Below are positions 1 to 10,378 of a stretch of 64,000 nucleotides of DNA, piece after piece. Source of the DNA: Solirubrobacteraceae bacterium (GTDB lineage: Bacteria; Actinomycetota; Thermoleophilia; Solirubrobacterales; Solirubrobacteraceae); NCBI GenBank assembly GCA_035487855.1, contig DATHLT010000005.1, positions 3,338 to 67,337 of the forward strand, in the 5' to 3' direction. Position 1 is the first letter of the stretch; the number at the start of each line of letters is the position of its first letter. Both the position numbers and the translations under genes were made by a program. The notes below the pieces were generated by a model. That model did not search any database. It was not told the origin of the DNA and saw only the letters and a list, made by a program, of their open reading frames with translations.

Positions 1-980
1 GACCCGGCAAGCGCGAGCGTGCTCACGCGGTGGCCCTCGCGACGCACCAACAGCTCTGGGCTCGCCGCGATCAGGGTCGCGTCACCGCGCCCTACGCAAA
101 ACACGAAGCACGACGGGAACTCCTCGCGCAACACGCCGAACACGGCTGCCGGGTCGTATTCGCTCGGCGCGTGCACCTGCACTTCGCGCGCGAGCACGAT
201 CTTCTTCATTTCCCCGGCGGCGATCAGCTCGACCGCGCGCGCAACGGCCGCCTCGAAGTGCTCGGGCGGCATCGCGCTTGCGACCTGGAAGCGACCGGTG
301 GGCGCGGGGTCAAGCAGCGGTAGCGGGCGCGAGCGCAGCTGCGCCAAGCGGCTCTCCAGGCGCGCAAGCAACTCCTCGGCGACATCATCCGGGCGGGCGA
401 GTGCCGCGAGCGTCATCCGCACCTTCGGCTGGCCGTGGCGCTCGCTACGCACGAGCGCCACCTCGGGCACGGTCAGCGATGCGGGCTCGAACCCGTGCCA
501 GTGCGGTGCGGCGCCGCCGTCGGGAGCGAACGCGAAGCCCCCGACCGCCACAGGCCCTGCGTCGGCCGGGTCGTCCGCGGGATCGGTGACCGCCGCCGCT
601 GACAATGCGCGCCAGCTATCGGCCACCGTGGCAAAACGCTCCGAGCCTGAAGCGTGCAGGCTACGCACCTCTCCCAGGCCAGCCAGCGCCGCACGACCAC
701 GATCGGGCTGCTCGAACACGAACCAGCGCTCGCCTGGGCGACGTGACGCGCAAACGACCGCCGACGGGTCCACATCAGCGGCAAGCGTGACCGAGATCGT
801 CGCCAGCACCTCCCCGCCACTCCGACGCGCGCGCCTGACCGCCAGCGCCAGGCGTGCGGACAGCCGCTCGCGGTCTTCCACGCTCAGCGCAAAAGCTTGG
901 CTGCCTGCATCGCGGCGGCTGGCGTAGGGGCTCGCGAGCGTGCCTCCCGGAAACTCCTCGCCATTGCCGCTCGCCCTCAC
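1..980 (-). CDS. menF: Isochorismate synthase (MenF/EntC-type chorismate-binding enzyme); 3' end lies beyond the window edge
   Basis: Manual translation from GTG at 980 (not in the ORF track because it has no stop): ...GGFAF...KKIVLAREV...LIAASPELLVRREG..VSTLALAG, typical chorismate-binding fold motifs. Start lies 1 nt after the ilvN stop. Confidence 0.8.
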   Translation of the reverse strand, partial: MRASGNGEEFPGGTLASPYASRRDAGSQAFALSVEDRERLSARLALAVRRARRSGGEVLATISVTLAADVDPSAVVCASRRPGERWFVFEQPDRGRAALAGLGEVRSLHASGSERFATVADSWRALSAAAVTDPADDPADAGPVAVGGFAFAPDGGAAPHWHGFEPASLTVPEVALVRSERHGQPKVRMTLAALARPDDVAEELLARLESRLAQLRSRPLPLLDPAPTGRFQVASAMPPEHFEAAVARAVELIAAGEMKKIVLAREVQVHAPSEYDPAAVFGVLREEFPSCFVFCVGRGDATLIAASPELLVRREGHRVSTLALAG

Positions 981-981
981 C

Positions 982-1554
982 CTAGGTCTCGCTGCGCCCC
1001 CGCGAGATGGCGATCTCGCCCGTGCGCATCATCTCGATCAGACCGAAGGGACGGACCATCGTCTCGAACGCCTCGATCTTCTCGGTGGTACCGGTCACCT
1101 CGATGATGATCGCGCGCTTGGTCACGTCGACGACCTTGCCGCGAAAGATCTCAGCGATCTGCATCAACTCGCCGCGTTGGACGCCGTCAGCGGTCACCTT
1201 GAACAGCGCGAGCTCACGCGAGACGGTGTCGGCCGGCTCGAGATCGCGGATCTTCAACACGTTGATGAGCTTGTGTAGCTGCTTGGTGACCTGGTCGATG
1301 GGATGTAGCGCTCCGTCCACAGTGAGCGTTACCCGCGAGACCTGTTCGTCCTCCGTGGGCCCGACGGTGAGGGTGTCGATGTTGAACCCGCGCCTGGCGA
1401 ACAGGCCGGCGATGCGCGTCAGCACACCGGACTTGTTTTCGACGAGGATCGACAGCACGTGCTTGCGGCCCGTGCGCATGCTGGTGGCAGCCTGCAACTC
1501 TTCGAGGCTCAGCGGCTCCTTGGTTCCTGGTTCACCCATAATTGCCCCCATCAC
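982..1554 (-). CDS. ilvN: Acetolactate synthase small regulatory subunit
   Basis: ACT motif LVENKSGVLTRIAGLFARRGFNIDTL; C-terminal IEMMRTGEIAISRG; overlaps the ilvB stop. Confidence 0.96.
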   Translation of the reverse strand: MMGAIMGEPGTKEPLSLEELQAATSMRTGRKHVLSILVENKSGVLTRIAGLFARRGFNIDTLTVGPTEDEQVSRVTLTVDGALHPIDQVTKQLHKLINVLKIRDLEPADTVSRELALFKVTADGVQRGELMQIAEIFRGKVVDVTKRAIIIEVTGTTEKIEAFETMVRPFGLIEMMRTGEIAISRGRSET

Positions 1555-3254
1555 CCCACCATCTCGCGCGCGGCCATGCCGGCGGGGATCATCGGGTAGG
1601 TGTTCTCCTCGCGCGTGACACGCACATCGACGAACACAGGACCCTCGGTGGCGATCGCGCGCTTCATGTCCTCCACCAGCGTGTTCTTGTCCTCGAAGCG
1701 CATGCCGGTAACGCCGTAGGCCTCCGCGAGCTTGACGAAGTCGGGGAACTCACCCATGTCCACCTGGCTGTATTTGCCGTCCCAGAACAGCTCCTGCCAC
1801 TGACGGACCATGCCGAGATAGCCGTTGTTCATGATGAACACCTTGATGGGAATCTTGTTCTGCGCGCATGTGGCAAGCTCCTGCGCGTTCATCTGCACGG
1901 AGCCATCGCCAGCGATGCAGCACACCAGCTGCTCGGGCATGCCGACTGCTGCGCCCATCGCGGCGGGCAGCCCGAAGCCCATCGTGCCGAGACCGCCGGA
2001 GTTGATCCACCGCCGCGGCGCGGGGAAGTCGTAGTGCTGTGCCGCCCACATCTGATGCTGGCCGACGTCGCTGGTGATGATCGCCTCGCCGCCGGTGGCC
2101 TCGTGTAGCGCTTTGACCATGAACTGCGGCTTGATCTCCGCGTCAGTGGTTTCCTCGAACGCGAGCGGGTACTTCGCTTTCCAGCCCTCGATCCGGCTCC
2201 ACCAGGCATCCAGCCGCGCCGGATCGGCGCCCAACGCGCGGTACTCGATCACGAGCTTGCTCAACACGTGCTTGGCGTCGCCCACGATTGGGATATGCGC
2301 GGGCACGTTCTTCGATATCTCCGCCGGGTCAACGTCGATGTGAATGAACTTCGCCCGCGGCGCGAACTCCGAGAGCTTGCCGGTGATGCGATCGTCAAAG
2401 CGCGCACCGACGGCGCAGATCAAATCGGCCTCATCCATCGCGTAGTTGGCAGACCGCGTGCCGTGCATGCCGAGCATTCCCAGCCACTGGCGATCGGGCT
2501 GCCACCCACCCTCTCCCTGTACCACCGCGGGAAAAGCGCCGAGTCCCATCAGCGTGCAGGTCACGGGGAAGCGATCGCTGCGCGCAAACTCCCGCAGCTC
2601 CTCGGAGGCGTTGGCGTTGACGACGCCGCCACCGGCGTAGATCACCGGCCGCTGCGCGGCTGCCAGCGCCTTCGCCGCCTGGCGCACCTGCTTTTGGTTG
2701 CCTTCCACGCGGGGCTGATAGCCGGGGAGCCGCACGTCGGTGACCGGCTCGTAGTCAATTTCCGCGCGCGAGAGATCGAGCGGGATGTCCACCAGCACAG
2801 GACCCGGGCGTCCGCTGCGGGCGATGTGAAACGCCTCGTGGATCGCACGCGGCAGCTCCTGCGGGTGCTGGATCATGACTGAGTGCTTGACCACCGGCAT
2901 CGTGATGCCGAGCGTGTCCGCCTCCTGAAAGCCGTCAGTACCGAGCAGGTCGGTGCGCACCTGGCCGGTGATGAACACCACCGGCACCGAGTCCATCATC
3001 GCGTCGCAGATCGGCGTCACCAGGTTGGTTGCACCGGGGCCGCTCGTGGCGAACGCCACCCCCACTTTGCCAGTGGCCTTGGCGTAGCCCTCGGCCGCAT
3101 GCCCGCCACCGGCCTCGTGCCTGACGAGGATGTGGCGAATACCGCCGGTGACGAGAGCGTCATATGTAGGAAGGTTGGCACCGCCGGGTAGACCGAAGAC
3201 GACGTCCACGCCCTCCGCCTTCAAACATTCCATCAACGCATCAACTGCGCGCAT
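1551..3254 (-). CDS. ilvB: Acetolactate synthase large subunit (ThDP-dependent)
   Basis: FGLPGGA, RHEAGGGHAAEGYA, TSGPGATN, GDGSVQMN ThDP motif, NNGYLGMVRQWQ; GGAGG RBS at 3261-3265. Confidence 0.97.
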   Translation of the reverse strand: MRAVDALMECLKAEGVDVVFGLPGGANLPTYDALVTGGIRHILVRHEAGGGHAAEGYAKATGKVGVAFATSGPGATNLVTPICDAMMDSVPVVFITGQVRTDLLGTDGFQEADTLGITMPVVKHSVMIQHPQELPRAIHEAFHIARSGRPGPVLVDIPLDLSRAEIDYEPVTDVRLPGYQPRVEGNQKQVRQAAKALAAAQRPVIYAGGGVVNANASEELREFARSDRFPVTCTLMGLGAFPAVVQGEGGWQPDRQWLGMLGMHGTRSANYAMDEADLICAVGARFDDRITGKLSEFAPRAKFIHIDVDPAEISKNVPAHIPIVGDAKHVLSKLVIEYRALGADPARLDAWWSRIEGWKAKYPLAFEETTDAEIKPQFMVKALHEATGGEAIITSDVGQHQMWAAQHYDFPAPRRWINSGGLGTMGFGLPAAMGAAVGMPEQLVCCIAGDGSVQMNAQELATCAQNKIPIKVFIMNNGYLGMVRQWQELFWDGKYSQVDMGEFPDFVKLAEAYGVTGMRFEDKNTLVEDMKRAIATEGPVFVDVRVTREENTYPMIPAGMAAREMVG

Positions 3255-3288
3255 TTGTCGCCTCCCTTCCTTGTATGTGATTGACGAA

Positions 3289-3331
3289 GAGGGGTCCAGC
3301 TGGTCGGCCTACGGCCGACTGCGTCACCCTC
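3289..3331 (-). repeat. 43-nt hairpin element, copy 1 (ilvB 5' leader)
   Basis: Sense GAGGGTGACGCAGTCGGCC-GTA-GGCCGACCAGCTGGACCCCTC; 7-bp inner stem and 5-bp outer stem; 36/43 identical to 36119-36161. Confidence 0.8.
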
Positions 3332-3346
3332 TAGGGGGAAAATCCC

Positions 3347-3370
3347 AGTGTACCAGCGGGTTTACACCCG
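3347..3370 (-). promoter_or_regulatory. Putative ilvB -10 box (TACACT) with upstream inverted repeat
   Basis: TACACT at 3352-3347 on the minus strand; CGGGT-N4-ACCCG palindrome at 3357-3370. Confidence 0.4.
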
Positions 3371-3411
3371 GAATCGCAAGCTCCTGCAAGCGCCCACTCG
3401 GAACGCGGCGG

Positions 3412-3954
3412 TTAGGAGGACCCTATGCCTACGCCGATAGCAAGAACGATGGCGCCGCCGACGGTAACGACTAGCAGCGACGAGCGCAGCGAGACCTCGA
3501 GGAAGCGATTTCTCACCCATGCGATCGCGAACAGCTCGAACGCGACGACGCAACCGGCTACGAGCAGCGCTTTGTTTACGTTCGAGATCAGGAACGGCAG
3601 CGTGTGGAAGATCCCCCCGAGCGTGGTCATGCCGCCGGTAATGGCGCCCCGCACGACCGCCGAACCGCGGCCGGTCTGCTCGCCCGTATCAGACAGCGCC
3701 TCCGACCAGCCCATGCTGACCCCTGCGCCCAGGGCGGTGGAGAAGCCCACCAGCAGCGCGGTGTGCGAGTCGGCGGCAATCGCGGCGGCGAAGATCGGCG
3801 CAAGCGATGAGACGGTGCCGTCGATCATGCCCACAAGCGCCGGCTGCACTACCCGCAGCACGAAGTCAGCCTCGTCCTTGAACCCGGAGCGGTGGATCCA
3901 CCGGGTAAGCATGGATTCCTTGGCTTGCGACGCTGTCTTCACCTGAGTGCTCAT
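3412..3954 (-). CDS. VIT1/CCC1-family membrane transporter (stand-alone, resembles the MbfA membrane domain)
   Basis: QPALVGMIDGTVSSLAPIFAAA, GAGVSMGWSEALSDTG, GGIFHTLPFLI; about five hydrophobic segments. Start taken at ATG 3954. Confidence 0.75.
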   Translation of the reverse strand: MSTQVKTASQAKESMLTRWIHRSGFKDEADFVLRVVQPALVGMIDGTVSSLAPIFAAAIAADSHTALLVGFSTALGAGVSMGWSEALSDTGEQTGRGSAVVRGAITGGMTTLGGIFHTLPFLISNVNKALLVAGCVVAFELFAIAWVRNRFLEVSLRSSLLVVTVGGAIVLAIGVGIGSS

Positions 3955-4091
3955 GGCAGCGACAATGTAGGGCAAGAACCCACTTAGGGCGGACTAAATC
4001 TGGTTAGGGAAGCCGAACGCGGACGTTGACGTCAGCCCACCGAAGCGAGCTGCAAAAAAACACAGCGGGATGCGGCCTGCGGGGAAGACGC

Positions 4092-4391
4092 TCAGGAGGA
4101 CGGCGAGGCGGGCACGCGCTCCCACGATTCGGGCGCGACGGCCACTTCGGGGAAGTCGAGCTCTGTGCCGCAACGCATGCAGATGGCGTCGTAGATCTTC
4201 ACCACCCGCCCGCAGGTGGGGCACTGTCGGCGCATCTCATCGCGCTCGAAGCGATAGGCGATCGCCGCGAACAGGCCGAAGAACGGGATTGCCCCGGAGA
4301 TGAGGAACCACAAGATGAACGAGCTGCCCTTGATCTTGCCTACGATGCCGCCGGCGAGCCCGAAGCAGGTGGCGATAACGACGTAGGCCAT
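4092..4391 (-). CDS. Small membrane protein with C-terminal zinc ribbon
   Basis: Two hydrophobic helices followed by CPTC...CMRC. Confidence 0.7.
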   Translation of the reverse strand: MAYVVIATCFGLAGGIVGKIKGSSFILWFLISGAIPFFGLFAAIAYRFERDEMRRQCPTCGRVVKIYDAICMRCGTELDFPEVAVAPESWERVPASPSS

Positions 4392-4401
4392 CGCGGCAGG
4401 C

Positions 4402-4599
4402 TTACAAAAGAACGCGCAACGCCCAGATGATCGCGACAATCGCGAGGATCACGGCGACGGTGCCGGCAATCGCGACGGCGATCCCGATCACGATCTTCAG
4501 GAGGATATAGCCCGCAACCAGGACCACGAGCCCGGCCAGGACTGTCTTGCCGATGGAGCGGGAGCTGGCCGAAGACTCATTCATCAGAGAATCATCCAA
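4402..4599 (-). CDS. Small two-helix membrane protein (start may be ATG 4584)
   Basis: 65-aa strongly hydrophobic ORF, co-oriented with the downstream membrane gene. Confidence 0.65.
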   Translation of the reverse strand: MDDSLMNESSASSRSIGKTVLAGLVVLVAGYILLKIVIGIAVAIAGTVAVILAIVAIIWALRVLL

Positions 4600-4608
4600 T
4601 GGTAGCGC

Positions 4609-5140
4609 GGCCCCGGCCTGAGAGCGCCCTACCGCGCGCTCTCAGTAGCTTGGTAGGGCTGCAGAGCCAGCCGATGAAGGACGAAGCGCGGCCGGACAGG
4701 AAGTCCTACCCCTGCCCGGCCGCACCCCGATTGCGCCGGCTGAGGGAAGCCGACACTGTCGATGTGGGAGGAATCGCTATGTACGACCCAGCCAACCGAT
4801 CTCGCGGGCCGTCCGTGCCCGAGCAAGATCGACGCTGCTGACGCCGGCACGCCGACGTCCCGCACCCTGCCCGACACTGGTGAGTTGATAACGGCGGATA
4901 CGCAGCCCGTGACCTGAGCCACCCACCGTCTCCTCGGGCAGCAGAATGAACCGCCGAGGAGAGGAAACGCTTTGGTTTGCTGCCGAACGGTTCATGTCAA
5001 GCATATTGCCGCCGCAGCCGATTCTTGCCTTTGGCCGGAAGTCCAAAATGTGATGTGCCACGGTCTCCTAAGTGGCAAACGCGCTGCACGTCGATGGCGC
5101 CACGGCGCCTAGTAGGTCCGTCAGGCGTGCGGCCGGGGCC
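4609..5140. ncRNA. Candidate large structured RNA, pseudoknot-rich; strand and boundaries uncertain
   Basis: No convincing ORF. Perfect helices: 4618-27/4636-45, 4626-33/4652-59, 4678-82/4703-07, 4688-95/4716-23, 4929-37/4954-62, 4937-43/4978-84, 4946-53/4988-95; terminal inverted repeat 4609-18/5131-40. Confidence 0.45.
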
Positions 5141-5145
5141 ATTGC

Positions 5146-8082
<2,937 letters not shown>

Positions 8083-8086
<4 letters not shown>

Positions 8087-8379
8087 GCCTGTGGGCTTGG
8101 GACCAAGAAGCCATCGTCAGCGACCACGGGCGCCTGCGCGAGCGCGACCTCCCGCGGCAGGCACGGACGTGGCTCATCCGGGCGCAGCGCGCCGGTGATC
8201 TCGACCACATGAGCGGTCGGCGCCACGTCACCCAGGTCCAGCTCGGCGATTTTCGCGACGTGGTCGAGCACAGCGGAGAGCTCGCGAGCCATCGGCTCGA
8301 TCTCATCCTCGCTGAGCGCCAGTCGCGCCAGCCGCGCCACGTGCAGAACTTCGTCGCGTTCGATCACAGTGGCGCCCAT
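8083..8379 (-). CDS. gatC: Asp/Glu-tRNA amidotransferase subunit C (true start may be GTG 8367)
   Basis: [13 protein letters not shown]...LRPDE...F.VP; first gene of gatCAB. Confidence 0.93.
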
Positions 8380-8436
8380 TCTATGGGCGGGCGGATCGTG
8401 TTGGCCGGCACGCCCCTGTGCAGGCCTCCCGACCTG

Positions 8437-9621
8437 TCAGCTGAACGGACTCGTTTTCTTGTATCCCACTTCTTCAGTGGCGTCGTACGCCGTCAGCACG
8501 ACGTAGTACCGCCTAGAACTCGATGGCAGCGGTACCCAGCAGGTGCCCCTGAGCACTTCAGGATCATGCTTGGGCTTGACCCTCCTGATGACCACCGTGC
8601 CGAGATACCATTCCGGTGGGGGCGGCTCGTTGGTCTGCACGAGCGAGTAGGTCACGACGACCACTTTGCCCGCCAGCGCCTTGAGGGTCACTTCGTAGTG
8701 GACCCTGGCGCCAGCACTCCGATTCACAGTCTGGACCTTCTGCACCGCGGCCGCCGTGTTGTTGGCGCTGTCTTTGAGCACCTTTTCAACGAGTGGCTTC
8801 AGACCACAGGTGGGGCGACAGCGCTCCGGTAGCTGTGCGTCGTGGAGGACTTCTTCCACCCGGCTCGCTGGCGTACCCGCTTCGAGCCGCCGCTGTGTGA
8901 GCGGCCGGGCTGCCTCCTGCCTCTTTGCCCGCACCGTCGCCTTTGCCTTCTCCACAGCCTTCCTTGCGGTCGCTTCTTCTAGCAGGGCTTTCGTCGTACC
9001 GTGTGTCTTGGTTTCCTCGGCGCGTTTCTGGGCTTCGCGCTCCTTCTTCTGTTCTTCGCGAACTCGCGCTTCAGCGCTTTCCTTTTCTGCCGCGGCCACG
9101 CTGGCTTCTTGGTGGACGACTTCTTCGGCGTGCTTGGCTTCTTCGCGCACCTGTGCGCCTTCTACCCTGATTTTCTGTTCGGCGCTGGTGGTCGTGCTCT
9201 GGCCAGCGCCGTCTGTTTGTTCTTCCGAAACGCCGACGACGAGCTCACTTGTGCGAGAAGGCTCACTCGTGGACGCAGAGTAAGTGGCGAAGCGATATTT
9301 GGAACCTAGCGCAGACGATCCTCTGGGAGCGACAGCCGCGGTCGCACCCGACCCCTGACCCATCAGCTGGGCTTGCGCGTCGAACTCGCGGAGGGTGATG
9401 AAGGGATCCACTTCCGCGACAATGGTCGCTGCTGGGGGGACGGGGGGTGGCGCGGGGGGAAAAAGAATTTCTTCGAGCTTTTGCCAATTCGTCACGATCG
9501 CCACCAGCGCCACGAGGATCGCCGCCACGGTGGCGAGACCCTTCTGGCCGCCGGTGACGAAGTCCCGCAACTTGGTCCACCACTTGGTGAGCTGGTTGGG
9601 CGGATGCCTTGCCCTGCTCAT
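8437..9621 (-). CDS. Hypothetical membrane-anchored protein with E/K/A-rich coiled coil and beta-rich C-terminal domain
   Basis: One TM segment (GLATVAAILVALVAIV), Pro-rich linker, charged helical stalk, C-terminal alternating beta strands. Confidence 0.7.
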   Translation of the reverse strand: MSRARHPPNQLTKWWTKLRDFVTGGQKGLATVAAILVALVAIVTNWQKLEEILFPPAPPPVPPAATIVAEVDPFITLREFDAQAQLMGQGSGATAAVAPRGSSALGSKYRFATYSASTSEPSRTSELVVGVSEEQTDGAGQSTTTSAEQKIRVEGAQVREEAKHAEEVVHQEASVAAAEKESAEARVREEQKKEREAQKRAEETKTHGTTKALLEEATARKAVEKAKATVRAKRQEAARPLTQRRLEAGTPASRVEEVLHDAQLPERCRPTCGLKPLVEKVLKDSANNTAAAVQKVQTVNRSAGARVHYEVTLKALAGKVVVVTYSLVQTNEPPPPEWYLGTVVIRRVKPKHDPEVLRGTCWVPLPSSSRRYYVVLTAYDATEEVGYKKTSPFS

Positions 9622-9879
9622 GCAAGTCGCCTTTCCGTCCAGCGAAACGCACCATGCGCTTGCCGCGTCGACTTGCCTTCACCGGGGTCGAGCCCGACCG
9701 TCACCACATCCCCCATCTCGATTCACTGTCGGTTTCGAGCGATCGAGATTATCACGCCTCGTCCATCACATGGACGAATTCTAGTTAGTCGTGAGGATGG
9801 CTGCGATGCCACGAGCGAACCAGCTCTCGGGGTACCTGGCGTGCAGCTCGCGGCTACGGGAAAGGCGAGTCGACGGCCG

Positions 9880-10317
9880 CTAGGGTCGCGGGCGCGACTC
9901 GGGCAGTGCGGGCGGGTACAGCGAAGGTCGTTCATCGCGTAGCGCAAGCCATGCGCCGACGAGGATCAGAGCGGCCCCGATGAGCGCGAGCCACACCCCG
10001 TAGCAGGCCTCGGTGGCGTGTTCTGGTCGTGCGAGAGCCCGCACGAGCGCCGCGATCACCGAGACCAGACCGAGCAGCACACACCACACCGCAGTGGAGA
10101 CGGGAAGCGCGGTACTGCGCTCGGTGAGCGCGCTGATGACGGTGGCAAGCGCCGCACAGATGGCAGCCAGCTCGAGCGCCACCCCAGGGCCAAACGTGTT
10201 CCACGCATTCAGGTACCCGGCGGGGCCGTAGTAGGAGCGCACGAACAACGACACGATCAAACAGATCACGCCCACAAGCACCGTCGACTCCCCCACGCGC
10301 AACTGCCGGAAGTTCAT
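9880..10317 (-). CDS. Hypothetical four-TM membrane protein
   Basis: Starts MNFRQLRVGE, followed by four hydrophobic segments. Confidence 0.7.
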   Translation of the reverse strand: MNFRQLRVGESTVLVGVICLIVSLFVRSYYGPAGYLNAWNTFGPGVALELAAICAALATVISALTERSTALPVSTAVWCVLLGLVSVIAALVRALARPEHATEACYGVWLALIGAALILVGAWLALRDERPSLYPPALPESRPRP

Positions 10318-10378
10318 CGGCGCACCCCTTGTGCGTGCTTGGCGGCGTCGCACGCACGCCTGACATCCCGAGGTGTCC

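Noticed and set aside
3255-3411. Leader-peptide attenuator upstream of ilvB
   Set aside because: No short ORF rich in Leu/Ile/Val codons and no U-tailed terminator.
4946-4995. Group IIC intron domain V look-alike (GAACCGCCG...TGCCGAACGG); similar CGGTTCTGAG near 55062
   Set aside because: Spacing and 3' strand do not form the ~34-nt D5 hairpin; no D6 and no RT ORF.
4609-5140. tmRNA, RNase P RNA, SRP RNA or a cobalamin/glycine/TPP riboswitch as the identity of the structured region
   Set aside because: No GGGG...CCA acceptor or T-loop. AGGAAGTCC lacks the RNase P P4 partner. No SRP GGAAGGAAGCAGC. AGCCCGTGACCTG only loosely resembles the B12 box, and the rest of that aptamer is missing.
9622-9725. 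35-codon upstream ORF whose TGA overlaps the ATG of the 394-aa gene
   Set aside because: No RBS or recognisable features; such overlaps arise readily by chance in GC-rich DNA.
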